From: a virus
Taxonomy: Duplodnaviria > Caudoviricetes
Length of the DNA stretch: 54,819 nt
Direction: 5' to 3' (one strand)
IMG/VR virus record: IMGVR_UViG_3300031965_000715
Coordinates: 1 to 54,819 of that record
Shown here piece by piece: positions 1 to 9,579 of this stretch. The notes under the pieces were generated by a model that was given only the letters and a program-made list of their open reading frames with translations, was not told the origin of the DNA and searched no databases. Within the stretch, counting starts at the first letter, position 1. The number at the start of each line of letters is the position of its first letter. The position numbers and the translations under genes were made by a program.

Positions 1-685
1 AATTAGCACCATACAAGTTAGCATCTTGCAAATTAGCATCTTGCAAATTAGCGTTTCGCAAGTCAGTGTCTTGTAAGTTAGCACTGTACAAATTAGCACC
101 ATACAAGTCAGCACCTCGCAAATTAGCGTTTCGCAAATTAGCACCATACAAGTTAGCATCTTGCAAATTAGCATCATACAAGTTAGCATCTTGCAAATTA
201 GCACCTTGCAAATTAGCATCTTGCAAATTAGCGAATTGCAAGTTAGCGTCTTGTAAATTAGCGAATTGCAAATTAGCGTTTCGCAAGTCAGTGTCTTGTA
301 AGTTAGCACCGTACAAATTAGCACCATACAAATTAGCATCTTGCAAATTAGCGAATTGCAAATAAGCACCACGCAAAATAGCACCTTGCAAAATAGCACC
401 TTGCAAATTAGCGTTTTGCGAGTAAGCGTTATACAAATTAGCACCGTACAAATTAGCACCATACAAGTTAGCGTCTTGTAAATTAGCATATCGCAAATTA
501 GCGTTTCGCAAGTCAGTGTCTTGTAAGTTAGCACTGTACAAATTAGCACCATACAAGTTAGCACCTCGCAAATTAGCATATCGCAAATTAGCGTTTCGCA
601 AAATAGCATCACGCAAATCAACACCTTGTAAAGTTTCTGATTTGACAATTAGTAAAGTCTCATCTTTTTTATTTTTAATTTCCAT
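1..685 (-). CDS. Pentapeptide-repeat protein (3' end runs off the window)
   Basis: Not in the ORF track. Manual minus-strand translation gives MEIKNKKDETLLIVKSETLQGVDLRDAILRNANLRYANLRGANLYGANL..., a continuous A(N/D)Lxx repeat. AAAGGTGA lies upstream of ATG 685, and there is an in-frame alternative ATG at 700. Confidence 0.92.
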   Translation of the reverse strand, partial: MEIKNKKDETLLIVKSETLQGVDLRDAILRNANLRYANLRGANLYGANLYSANLQDTDLRNANLRYANLQDANLYGANLYGANLYNAYSQNANLQGAILQGAILRGAYLQFANLQDANLYGANLYGANLQDTDLRNANLQFANLQDANLQFANLQDANLQGANLQDANLYDANLQDANLYGANLRNANLRGADLYGANLYSANLQDTDLRNANLQDANLQDANLYGAN

Positions 686-717
686 TACTTCACCTTTCAT
701 ATAAAAAAGTCATGAGT

Positions 718-933
718 TCATGACTTGCCCTTACAATGGATATAAGTTTCCCATTTTTCTGTCCTTGTCCAGACAGAACCTATCTGCACAAATTTAGTAT
801 TTTTTTCCTGAGTACGTACACAGCACTCTGGGTTCAACCCTAATTCAAGGGTGTACTGTACGCCAGTTAATCCTGTTATTTCAACTGGAGACAGGTGGCT
901 AATAAGTCCGATTTCAGTTAAGAAATTTACCAT
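718..933 (-). CDS. Hypothetical protein
   Basis: 71-aa ORF with AAGGAG SD, co-oriented with its neighbours. Confidence 0.65.
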   Translation of the reverse strand: MVNFLTEIGLISHLSPVEITGLTGVQYTLELGLNPECCVRTQEKNTKFVQIGSVWTRTEKWETYIHCKGKS

Positions 934-954
934 TGTATTTCTCCTTTAAACATG

Positions 955-1010
955 GACCAGTGACCAGTGACCAGTGACCAGTAACCAGTAACCAGTAATC
1001 AGTAACCAGT
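955..1010. repeat. Tandem heptamer array (G/A)ACCAGT x8
   Basis: GACCAGT x4, AACCAGT x2, AATCAGT, AACCAGT; intergenic. Confidence 0.95.
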
Positions 1011-1039
1011 ATCGGTAGATACTTAAGAAAGTGTTAATA

Positions 1040-2014
1040 TTAACTAGCTTGCCACGACGTACGCTCTTGCGTACAAATCTCACCACTCACTTCCTGTTTC
1101 TCTTCACCAATACTGCACATCTCCAATGCTATTTGAATTGCTTTAGAATTAATATCCTTGTTAGCACCAAACCAGAGACTATTAAGCCTGGTCTCTGGAT
1201 TACGACCAGCCTCAAAATTTAGGTACTCAGTAATAGCATTGAGTGCAGCGTACCATGTGCCTCGCACTTCAATAGCTTGATTACCTGTACCTTGGACAAA
1301 AAGAACTTTGAGCCTCTCAATTTTATTGAGACTTTTGGTTGAAGCGTCCTTTTTAATTTTAAAGACACGCTCAAAGTATTCCTGCAATTCTTCTGGTGTG
1401 GGCCACACCTTAGTAAGAAACTGCAGTTGGCTCACAAACTCATCAACAGACCCCATTGTCTCCTCTATTCTAGTTTTGAGGAGTTTCAGTTTCTCTGCGG
1501 GGTCACCAGTATGCTTGAACTTAATGATTTCAAAGTCACCTTTGTTAAGCATACTAAACATATTGCTGCACCAAACTCTGATAGGTACTACACCAACCAT
1601 GACTTGCGTAGAACCATCGTGTGCATTTACTAGAAGTAAATACATAGCAACACGATCGGAGCCAGCAATATATCTCATTGCTCCATTAATTTCCGCTAGT
1701 ATCCATACCTTTCTCCCTCCATCAATACAGCCTATTGTATCAATAGAACAGACTCTTTCATTTAGTAATGGTTGGAAGAAGGCGAATGCTTCGCCGTTTT
1801 GAAGTGGAACAAATTTAGTTTTACACTGCCCAAGGGCAGCGTTTGTGTCAGTACGTACGATATACTTATAACCATTTGCTTCGTGAAGAATACTGTCTCC
1901 ACTTTTAAAGTAACCTTGCTTAACTTCTACATGGAAAAGGATATTAGCTTCTTCCATGGCGGTAGCTAGGTCGTCGTTAATTGTAATTTTAATTCCAGTT
2001 TCTTTCCAACTCAT
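1040..2014 (-). CDS. DUF932 family phage/plasmid protein
   Basis: VRTDT..LG, PLQN.EAF.FF, GGRKVW, YLLLVNAHDGS, PIRVWCSN, KHT, GTWYAALNAITEY, RLNSLWFG motifs. Confidence 0.88.
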   Translation of the reverse strand: MSWKETGIKITINDDLATAMEEANILFHVEVKQGYFKSGDSILHEANGYKYIVRTDTNAALGQCKTKFVPLQNGEAFAFFQPLLNERVCSIDTIGCIDGGRKVWILAEINGAMRYIAGSDRVAMYLLLVNAHDGSTQVMVGVVPIRVWCSNMFSMLNKGDFEIIKFKHTGDPAEKLKLLKTRIEETMGSVDEFVSQLQFLTKVWPTPEELQEYFERVFKIKKDASTKSLNKIERLKVLFVQGTGNQAIEVRGTWYAALNAITEYLNFEAGRNPETRLNSLWFGANKDINSKAIQIALEMCSIGEEKQEVSGEICTQERTSWQAS

Positions 2015-2166
2015 CGTAACATCCAGTTCGGTTTGTTTCTGTAATTAATACCAGCAGCGTAACCTGCTACAAGGTCGTAGTATTCAAATACTCCTAATTC
2101 CATTGGGATAAATAAATCGTACCCATTTATTGCTGCCTCAAATCCGAATCTAAAATAATGTATCAT
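2011..2166 (-). CDS. Small hypothetical protein (51 aa)
   Basis: Manual translation MIHYFRFGFEAAINGYDLF...NWMLR; fills the gap, and its TGA overlaps the next ATG (ATGA). Confidence 0.55.
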   Translation of the reverse strand: MIHYFRFGFEAAINGYDLFIPMELGVFEYYDLVAGYAAGINYRNKPNWMLR

Positions 2167-2175
2167 CTCCTTGCC

Positions 2176-2607
2176 TTAGTTATCGAACCAAAATACGAAG
2201 CGGAATTCCTCTATCTCTTTAGGATATTCACTCCTATACTCCCTGAAAGAATTAAATCTATTACCAAAAAGAAAACAAAAGTACTCTGATGGGGCAAGAA
2301 ATCTTTTTGGTTCATTTTTAACTAACCATTTACAAACTTTTATTACTTCATCAGTTAGTAGATAGCTAGCTGAATGAGCATCCATGCCCCAATGTACGTA
2401 GTCAAGTTTTGTTGTAAAAGTGACGTCATCAGGTATACCACGAAAACTGGCCACTGGTTCTATATAACCTTCCTGGTCTGGTAGTGGATTACGCACACCA
2501 CCCATTAAAGAAAACAGTTCATAGTTTCGTGGAACTCCAGGGTGATTGTAATGGTGCCAGTGACCAGCAACCTTTATCTCAATATGTAAGTGAATATCAC
2601 ATCCCAT
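2176..2607 (-). CDS. Conserved phage hypothetical protein (MGCDIH...FWFDN type)
   Basis: MGCDIH N-terminus, RNYELF..M.GVR, RGIPDD, HSASYL and C-terminal FVFWFDN are typical of a common phage family. Confidence 0.75.
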   Translation of the reverse strand: MGCDIHLHIEIKVAGHWHHYNHPGVPRNYELFSLMGGVRNPLPDQEGYIEPVASFRGIPDDVTFTTKLDYVHWGMDAHSASYLLTDEVIKVCKWLVKNEPKRFLAPSEYFCFLFGNRFNSFREYRSEYPKEIEEFRFVFWFDN

Positions 2608-2611
2608 AATA

Positions 2612-3616
2612 TTATCTCCCTACCATTTCTCGAAGAAAATCGTCACCTTCCTCAAAAGCTTTGTACTGGTTGTCAAGAGTCTGACAACGTAGTGCTGAGT
2701 CCGAGTACGACATGTTGCGGAAAATATGATTAGAATTAATAATTTCCCACAACTCAGAAAACCTAGCAACACACCGCAGTTGATAAGGCTTGCTAACTAT
2801 GCAGCGGTGTTCAGCCACTCTTATTCTTGGGCAGTCTGGCTCGAATGGTTGACATGCTAATTGGTCAATAGCAGCAATAAAATCACTGCCTACTTCAGCC
2901 CCACATAACCACGCATAGCTAGCTAGTTGTAAAGCCCAATCTTTATCAACATCTTCAAGAAACATACCGACATTAATAAGTATGCCCATATGCTTCATCG
3001 GTTGACATTTTTTGTGGGCTTCGTTGTGAGACCTACTGTGCGGCCCCTCCCACCCATCACGACATTTAAGATAGCCAGGTTTTGGACTAGTATTGTAGTT
3101 ACCACAAAACCCATTAACTTTAAAGTCAAGTATAATAGGAACACCAGACTTATGAATAAAATAAACATCAGGCTTTCCAAGCAACGGAACACCACGGATT
3201 TCTTTTTCGAGTTTGAACTCGAATCTTGGTTCTCCTTGTGCCTCTTGCAGTTGGAGTAGTAAGTCTGCCATTGCTCCCGACCGTTGATACGAGTTAAAGG
3301 CATGTTTTCCGGCTCCCAGTGCCCAGTCACGGTTTTGCTCTTCGACTTGTTCTTCAAATATAGTCGCTAGAGCAAATTGTGGATTAGTTCCTTTACCGAA
3401 TAAGACGTCATGAAAATAGCTCTTAATGTAGGCGTCAAAAGCAGAACCTACGGCCATTGGTTGTGTTTGTGGGATGCGAGGGGGCCTATTATCTGCTAAG
3501 TATTGCAGATAAAATTCTTCTGGATCAGCTTCCCACTTTAGAAGTGACGTTGGTGAAAGATATTTAGGTTTTCTCATTGTCCACATCCTCCAAAGCTCGT
3601 TTAAGTGTAACTCCAC
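2612..3616 (-). CDS. PD-(D/E)XK Cas4/RecB-like exonuclease
   Basis: YLSPTSL, GSAFD, GKPD...ILDFKV, QLASYAW motifs; the true start is probably near 3578-3584. Confidence 0.78.
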   Translation of the reverse strand: MELHLNELWRMWTMRKPKYLSPTSLLKWEADPEEFYLQYLADNRPPRIPQTQPMAVGSAFDAYIKSYFHDVLFGKGTNPQFALATIFEEQVEEQNRDWALGAGKHAFNSYQRSGAMADLLLQLQEAQGEPRFEFKLEKEIRGVPLLGKPDVYFIHKSGVPIILDFKVNGFCGNYNTSPKPGYLKCRDGWEGPHSRSHNEAHKKCQPMKHMGILINVGMFLEDVDKDWALQLASYAWLCGAEVGSDFIAAIDQLACQPFEPDCPRIRVAEHRCIVSKPYQLRCVARFSELWEIINSNHIFRNMSYSDSALRCQTLDNQYKAFEEGDDFLREMVGR

Positions 3617-3653
3617 AAGTCCCTACATACTGGCTTCTTAATCATGTGTACCG

Positions 3654-3914
3654 TTACCTAATTATTTCATCCACTGCTACCTTTGCCCTTTCAATTATTG
3701 CTTCCAGTGGTAGAATACTATAATCTTCATTTGCAAATAGGCCAGCAGTTACTATAGCTGTTAATAGTTGCAAATTTTGGCGATCATCTGTAATATGGAA
3801 ACCTTCTTTTGCTCTTTTTACACGAAGAACACAAGCTCCATCAACACAAACCCAAAGTCTTCCGTCCTTTGAAAGTTGAATACCTACAATTTCGACATCT
3901 TGAAAGTCTAGCAT
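3654..3914 (-). CDS. Hypothetical protein
   Basis: 86-aa ORF with AAGGA SD. Confidence 0.65.
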   Translation of the reverse strand: MLDFQDVEIVGIQLSKDGRLWVCVDGACVLRVKRAKEGFHITDDRQNLQLLTAIVTAGLFANEDYSILPLEAIIERAKVAVDEIIR

Positions 3915-3944
3915 AGCTTAGTTCCTTAATAAAATTAATAGTAA

Positions 3945-4033
3945 CCTAACCCAGTGCCCAGTAACTTTTGTTAAAGCTAGCGTTTGCTAAAATTAATTAT
4001 TTGGTAAAGTTAGTTACTGGGCACTGGGTTAGG
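3945..4033. repeat. Perfect 22-bp inverted repeat whose arms carry the CCAGTGCCCAGT motif
   Basis: CCTAACCCAGTGCCCAGTAACT (3945-3966) and AGTTACTGGGCACTGGGTTAGG (4012-4033). Confidence 0.95.
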
Positions 4034-4034
4034 C

Positions 4035-4089
4035 CCTACTTTGTACAAAGTACAAAGTACAAAGTACAAAGTACAAAGTACAAAGTAGG
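4035..4089. repeat. Tandem heptamer GTACAAA x6 inside a CCTACTTTGTAC/GTACAAAGTAGG inverted repeat
   Basis: Six exact units at 4043-4084, read directly. Confidence 0.95.
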
Positions 4090-4309
4090 ACTGTGTCAAT
4101 ATGCCTGGGCCAGCACTGGATTAAACACTATTGTTTAGGAGCTATCTCCTAACCCTTTCCCAGTCGGGTGATGTCACTAGTGCCCAAACTAACTAATTAA
4201 TGTATGTAACCTAGTATTTATCTTTTCATCTCAACACTTACCTTTCCTCATGCTATTTATGTAATTTTAAAATTCGGCGGATCTCTAATTCTTTTCATAA
4301 ATTTACTCC

Positions 4310-4936
4310 TTACTTCCACAGGTTCTCATCGTCCGCAAAGTGTGGCAACAATAGGTCTCGTTTTCTGGTAAAACCCATTGTAATTTTAATAAGTCTTTCG
4401 GGATTGTGAGAGTTTGACCAAAAGAAACATTTTAACTTTTTCCAACATAAGTTCTGCCCCTCACTGGTAAGCATATAATCCAGTAATTTTTCAGTATATG
4501 CGTACGGGCCGAGTGGGTGCTGAGTATTTCGCATTGAGGTTTCTAGAAACCTGCGAAAGGTACTCATATTTTGCATGACAGAGGCTTCATGATAGGCGTA
4601 AGCAGCATTCCTTTGCTGCATATTTTCACAATAGGTTCTACACCAACTGTCTAGGTGGAAAGTCCTATCCCACCAGTAGCCTTCCCACAGTGTAGGAGTT
4701 GGCAAGTACAAAGTATTTTTACTATGTTCCATAGTAGCTCGACTGTGACCAGCACCAAATTTAGACAAGTGAAACCACTTACCTATTTTACGTGCCCAGT
4801 CAAATGCCTTGCCAAGTGCTGCCTTGAGCCTGATCTCCTTATCCATATTGCCACCAAACGGCAAATTGGAGTCGTCATAATCATCTGGGTACTGAACGAT
4901 ACTGTGTTTTGGCTCGCACATAGTTACTTCCTCCAA
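4310..4936 (-). CDS. Hypothetical protein
   Basis: 208-aa ORF overlapping the ligase stop; no recognised motif. Confidence 0.65.
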   Translation of the reverse strand: MEEVTMCEPKHSIVQYPDDYDDSNLPFGGNMDKEIRLKAALGKAFDWARKIGKWFHLSKFGAGHSRATMEHSKNTLYLPTPTLWEGYWWDRTFHLDSWCRTYCENMQQRNAAYAYHEASVMQNMSTFRRFLETSMRNTQHPLGPYAYTEKLLDYMLTSEGQNLCWKKLKCFFWSNSHNPERLIKITMGFTRKRDLLLPHFADDENLWK

Positions 4937-5943
4937 AAGCGGGCTTCTTTGGGAATACCACTATCGGTTAATTCCCGATACTTAAACGTAACAATACTAC
5001 CTACTGGGAACTGTACATTAAGCACTTTCACAGTAGATACTTCTTCTCCAGGTTCCCCATATGCACGTCCACCATCCCTGCTAGATAGCACACGTTCGGC
5101 TTCAGTAAAGCCGGACAACTCAAAAGTTTTCCCGTGCCACCTAACTACAAGGGCACCCATTAATCCTTCGAGTTTCCCATGGCCCCAAACATAACCAGTG
5201 ACCAGTGCCTCATCGTCGAGCCACTTTTTAATTTTAAGTAAATCATTGTTTCTGCTTGGGTACCAGTATGATGACGGATTACGAAGCACTACGCCTTCTC
5301 CGCCATTAACAGTTACTGTATCGAGAATATTCTCGATAGCTTCCTCAGCCTCAGAAGTCTGCATGGGTAGCCGTATCTGTTCTACGTACTGCCAAATTTT
5401 AGACTCAGGCATTTTTTGAAGCCTTGCGTAGACTTCCCTAAAAGATAAAACCTTGGTTCTACCTGATGGGGCATAACTTTCCAGGTCTAACTCAGCTTTC
5501 CAGTGTGGGACGCTAATATTACCATCTAAAAACATTAATTTGTCAGATGGAATATCAAAAACCTTATAGGTAACATCTTTCCATTCACTGGTCACTGGGT
5601 CAAATTTTTTAACAGTAGACATGAGCTTCTGGAAGTTGCCACGTCCAGCATATAGCTCGCCATCCAAAGGTAGATTTTCTGGAAGCTGATCGAGAAACCA
5701 CTCAGGGGCAGCAATAGGTTTGCCGTATCGCGACCACAAACCGGTACTCCGTGGCGGGGTAATTCGTCTGTAGTCTTTTGTGGTGTTTGCAAATGGTATG
5801 GACGAAGTAAGTATACCTCTGGTGAAACCACCATCCCAGTATGCTCGCATACCATCTAATTTTTCAGAGAGATACCAACCTCCGATACCATGTTTTTTTG
5901 GATCAAAGGTGTGAGCCAGTTGTAGAAACTCACGTCTTGCCAT
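4924..5943 (-). CDS. lig: ATP-dependent DNA ligase
   Basis: SEKLDGMRAYWDG (motif I, KxDG), LDGELY, VFD, EGVVLR, LLKIK and a C-terminal OB fold (TFKYRELTDSGIPKEARF). Confidence 0.95.
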   Translation of the reverse strand: MARREFLQLAHTFDPKKHGIGGWYLSEKLDGMRAYWDGGFTRGILTSSIPFANTTKDYRRITPPRSTGLWSRYGKPIAAPEWFLDQLPENLPLDGELYAGRGNFQKLMSTVKKFDPVTSEWKDVTYKVFDIPSDKLMFLDGNISVPHWKAELDLESYAPSGRTKVLSFREVYARLQKMPESKIWQYVEQIRLPMQTSEAEEAIENILDTVTVNGGEGVVLRNPSSYWYPSRNNDLLKIKKWLDDEALVTGYVWGHGKLEGLMGALVVRWHGKTFELSGFTEAERVLSSRDGGRAYGEPGEEVSTVKVLNVQFPVGSIVTFKYRELTDSGIPKEARFWRK

Positions 5944-6584
5944 TAAGACAACTCCCTTAAAAGTTTTTCTAATAGTCTGTGTTTTATTTGATTTGTTCTA
6001 CGTGTCGAAAGGTGTACTAGTTCAGCTATTTCATAATCTTTGTATCCTCTTTCCAGCGTACATTTTAATATAATTTGCTCGGAATCGTTTTGAGGTATTA
6101 GCTCAATAATCTCATTTAGATCAACAATATCTTGTTGACCTTTTGTTTCAGTTTCCATGTCTGCAAGCAGGACGACTTTAGCTGAGAATCCTTTTTTGAA
6201 TGCAGAGTGCGGGATTGGAACAAGAGTATTTCTCACCATCTCCCGTTTTATATTTTCAATAATTGATTTGTAAATGTAAGAGTGGACATCATTAATGGAT
6301 TCATTAATTTTAATAACAGCCTTGACCACCCCAAGTATTCCTGCTGAAATAAAATCCTCCTTATATGAAACACCAAAACATATCTTTCTTACAACTGACT
6401 TTACAATGGGCACATAAAAACTTATTAGTGCCTCTTGTAAAGTTTTTTTGTAGTTAGGACAAGAATAACATTCCTCTTGTTCTCCACAAATATCACAGTA
6501 CCTATAGTTATTTCCTTTTTTTAGAGCCTCTATAATTTTAGTAATGTCATCTTTGCTTAGCTCCATTTTGCTTCTCCATCGCAA
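5943..6584 (-). CDS. Sigma-70-like RNA polymerase sigma factor with N-terminal Cys cluster
   Basis: Region 2-like EDFISAGILGVVKAV; region 4 HTH YEIAELVHLSTRRTNQIKHRLLEKL; likely start at MELSK (6566). Confidence 0.75.
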   Translation of the reverse strand: MRWRSKMELSKDDITKIIEALKKGNNYRYCDICGEQEECYSCPNYKKTLQEALISFYVPIVKSVVRKICFGVSYKEDFISAGILGVVKAVIKINESINDVHSYIYKSIIENIKREMVRNTLVPIPHSAFKKGFSAKVVLLADMETETKGQQDIVDLNEIIELIPQNDSEQIILKCTLERGYKDYEIAELVHLSTRRTNQIKHRLLEKLLRELS

Positions 6585-6630
6585 AATTAATTTGGCCGAT
6601 TAGTATTAATAAGTTCTGGTCTCCCATTAC

Positions 6631-6659
6631 ATTATACGCTGTGTCCATCCAGAAGACAA
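6631..6659 (-). promoter_or_regulatory. Host sigma-70-type promoter upstream of the sigma factor gene
   Basis: TTGTCT-17 bp-TATAAT on the minus strand in an intergenic gap. Confidence 0.55.
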
Positions 6660-6714
6660 TGGTAAAAATTACTATTTTTCAAAAGTTTTATGGCAAAGTA
6701 AGTTTTTATTAATT

Positions 6715-7221
6715 TCAAAAAATAATATAGGCTATTTCAATTTTGAATAATCTAGAATCGTATTCATAAATAGAGAAGTTTGGATCATATATATATAATC
6801 TATTCCACGCAACAGCGTGAGGTTTGTATGTAGGAAATCCAGAACCTATTAACACACAACGGTATTTCTTCATATATTTTTCTACTCTTTTCAGCCCTCC
6901 GATATTAAAATTAATAATTCTGTCTCCAGCCACACAGCCTTGTGGATTTACTTCTATTGGTGTGACTGACAAATTATGTGCTAAACAAACATCATTTATT
7001 TCTTGAATATGAAAGCTGCGTCTGCAATACGGATCGGAATATTCCGGTGCAATAATATCTGAGCCATCGTGCCCTATAGCTTCAATAAACTGAGACACGG
7101 GTATATGAGCTACCATTGCAAACGCAGTTGGTAAGCAAGACCAATTATTCGGTTGCTTTTGCAACTTCATGCTCATGTTCCTGCTCCAGCATGGATTCAT
7201 CAATTTCAATCCACTGGTCAC
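6715..7221 (-). CDS. C39-like cysteine peptidase
   Basis: Q....SCLPTAFAM, HAVAW and IYDPN give a Cys-His-Asp arrangement; start probably at MKLQKQ. Confidence 0.65.
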   Translation of the reverse strand: MTSGLKLMNPCWSRNMSMKLQKQPNNWSCLPTAFAMVAHIPVSQFIEAIGHDGSDIIAPEYSDPYCRRSFHIQEINDVCLAHNLSVTPIEVNPQGCVAGDRIINFNIGGLKRVEKYMKKYRCVLIGSGFPTYKPHAVAWNRLYIYDPNFSIYEYDSRLFKIEIAYIIF

Positions 7222-7669
7222 ATTCCTCTTTTAGCTCTTTGTTAATACCACACCCCATAACTATAACTCTAATACCTTGCTTTTTTGCCCAGCTAATAAC
7301 TGGGGCAATACTTTTGTTAGAGTTACCAATAATTACTGTGTCCGTTTTATCTATTAAACGGACTATATCCATTGCAATACCAACATCCCAGTCATACCAT
7401 GAGTTTTTCTCAACGAGCCTGTATTGTGGTTCAAATCCCATATGGTGAAGTGCAGTTATGAAAGAGTTTGCATTATCATCAATCTTAGTACCGTAAGCTA
7501 AAGCTCTATCAACATTACCGAAAGTAGCAGCCCTATCAAGATACTTTTTGTAGTCTAGTTTTTTGCCTGGCCACCTCTTACTGATACAGTAAAACTGATT
7601 TCCAACATCAATAAATACCATTACTTTACTAGCCATTTTTACCTCACGGGGCAGAAGCCTGATGAACAT
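7145..7669 (-). CDS. NYN (LabA/DUF88, PIN-like) domain protein
   Basis: VFIDVGN, DVGIAMD, G.RVIVMG and LKEECDQWIEI; likely start MASKV (7636). Confidence 0.85.
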   Translation of the reverse strand: MFIRLLPREVKMASKVMVFIDVGNQFYCISKRWPGKKLDYKKYLDRAATFGNVDRALAYGTKIDDNANSFITALHHMGFEPQYRLVEKNSWYDWDVGIAMDIVRLIDKTDTVIIGNSNKSIAPVISWAKKQGIRVIVMGCGINKELKEECDQWIEIDESMLEQEHEHEVAKATE

Positions 7670-9579
7670 TCTAAATTTTCCTGTAAATTCCGTTCCTCGG
7701 AATCCACTATAGAGTAAATTGATTTGATTGCTGATTCCATTTCTGCATATTGTTCTTTTGTTATCTCCTCATAAGGTGCTTGAGTAAATCCGTGGCCAGA
7801 ATGTAGTAAGAATGAAACTGATTTAATAGAGGTATTGTAATTTTCAGTAAGATACTCTCTAATTTGAGGTATCTCACCTTTGTGATAGTAGCACGTTGCT
7901 GAAACTGAATTATCCGACCAGTATACTTGAGCTAATTCTTGAAATTTTAACTGGTCAATAACTGAGACATCTTTAGCAAGTATAGTTCCAGTTGGAGTTT
8001 TAATTGGAAAACTAATAATCATAGTTTCTAAATTCCTTGAGCCATCCTCATTGATTTTAGGCTCAATAGGATAACCACTTTCTCTACACATTTTAACTAT
8101 GGGGTCGTTAGATGAAAAACGTATACGTCTTACATAGTATTCAGCAAAAGCTGGATGTATTCCAGGCGTAACACCAGGCAACAGTGATAGTGTACCAGAA
8201 GGCTTAACTGTTGTTAGTTTTATCGAAGTACCAGTGCCCAGTAACCGGCTATACTGTGTATCTTCTTCCTCAATAGCCCTATAAACTGTAGTAAGTTTTT
8301 GTGGCTTTCTAACCCACTGACTTTGTAAGATACCAGTCAACCCAATACCTAAACGATGGTTACGCGACACTACTTCATTGACTTTATTATCGCTACATGG
8401 GTAGCATGATATAGTTTTACAAACCTTATAACCAAGTATTGCTGCCGTTATAAGTTCATCCATTGAGTTGAGGTTAGGTGTAAACAACTCAAAAAGATTA
8501 CAAGCTTCATATGGTTCTAATGGTACTTCACCACATGGGTTAGTACCTGTAACACCTGTGTCCGGCCTAGAGTGTTGTACGTCATCAAGCCTGCCATATG
8601 TGCGGCACAAGTCCAAATTAATTAGGCCATATGGCTCACCTGTACCTGAGTAATTTTCCCAAAAAGTCTCTGGTAACTCTCTTACATCATTACATGCAAC
8701 AGAGTTATTACTCATACCACGCCAATTGGGTACAGAAAACTTATCCCAGCTTTTAGCTGTTAAAAATAAATTGTCATCTGGCGAGCCAAGAGCTAACTCA
8801 GCCGATCGTCTAACATTACCGGCAACAACAATATCACCAATTATATTTAAAATATCAAGACAGTCAATAGGTCTAAGTTTCCTACCTACGCGACTCTGCA
8901 TTATACCTACAATTTTAGATATACCTTGAACTAGATTTTCAGAACCTGAGGCAGTACCACCAAAGCTGGAAATAGGTCTGCCTTTAGAGCGTATACATAC
9001 AGTGGAATACTTAAGATTTTTTCCCGTTTCAAAGAAACATCTAAGTGTTTTTCGTAAAAGTTCTACCCATCCCTCCCTATTATCTGGTACTATAAAATCG
9101 ACATCATTTTCATCTACACGGACAACACTAACACCATACTTTACTGTAGGTAATTCATATACAAACTCAGGTTGTATATTAAAACCTACGCCGCCACCAA
9201 GCATAAGTTGATTAAAAGTAAAGCAGAAAGAATGTAGCTCTGTAATAGCTACGTGCCAGCAATTTTGTAGGCTATCGGCTCCAATCCTATGGATATTTGA
9301 TGTGCCTAGCTGCCACAAAGCACGCCCAGAGAAACAGCACCTAAGATTAAAAACATAGTCATAAAGCTGCTGTATCTCTTCACTAGTAAATATGCCACCT
9401 ATATCTAAAATACCTTGACAGCATCTAGCTACAGTTTGCCACCATTCTTCTGTTTCACCACTATCTGTCAATCTAGCGTATGTACGCTTATAAACAACAT
9501 ACCCAAGTGGACCCCAGTTAGGTTGTTTGCCACGGTACTTTTCGATAAAGGAACTATTAAGCGAGTTCACGTAACGCAT
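7639..9579 (-). CDS. nrdJ: Class II (adenosylcobalamin-dependent) ribonucleotide reductase
   Basis: VYKRTYAR, SGRALW, NCW, LMLGGGVGF, VAGNVRRSA, TNPCGE, TVKPSGT and C-terminal CSSGFCP; no beta subunit gene nearby. Confidence 0.95.
   Translation of the reverse strand: MRYVNSLNSSFIEKYRGKQPNWGPLGYVVYKRTYARLTDSGETEEWWQTVARCCQGILDIGGIFTSEEIQQLYDYVFNLRCCFSGRALWQLGTSNIHRIGADSLQNCWHVAITELHSFCFTFNQLMLGGGVGFNIQPEFVYELPTVKYGVSVVRVDENDVDFIVPDNREGWVELLRKTLRCFFETGKNLKYSTVCIRSKGRPISSFGGTASGSENLVQGISKIVGIMQSRVGRKLRPIDCLDILNIIGDIVVAGNVRRSAELALGSPDDNLFLTAKSWDKFSVPNWRGMSNNSVACNDVRELPETFWENYSGTGEPYGLINLDLCRTYGRLDDVQHSRPDTGVTGTNPCGEVPLEPYEACNLFELFTPNLNSMDELITAAILGYKVCKTISCYPCSDNKVNEVVSRNHRLGIGLTGILQSQWVRKPQKLTTVYRAIEEEDTQYSRLLGTGTSIKLTTVKPSGTLSLLPGVTPGIHPAFAEYYVRRIRFSSNDPIVKMCRESGYPIEPKINEDGSRNLETMIISFPIKTPTGTILAKDVSVIDQLKFQELAQVYWSDNSVSATCYYHKGEIPQIREYLTENYNTSIKSVSFLLHSGHGFTQAPYEEITKEQYAEMESAIKSIYSIVDSEERNLQENLECSSGFCPVR

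Noticed and set aside
66-704. Plus-strand ORFs with KLASC/KLAPY repeats
   Set aside because: Antisense shadows of the minus-strand pentapeptide gene, which has an SD and the canonical A(N/D)L pattern
1-1010. Possible CRISPR array in the repetitive left end
   Set aside because: The repeats are 15-bp coding units or 7-bp tandem units with no unique spacers; the Cas4-like nuclease is a common stand-alone phage gene
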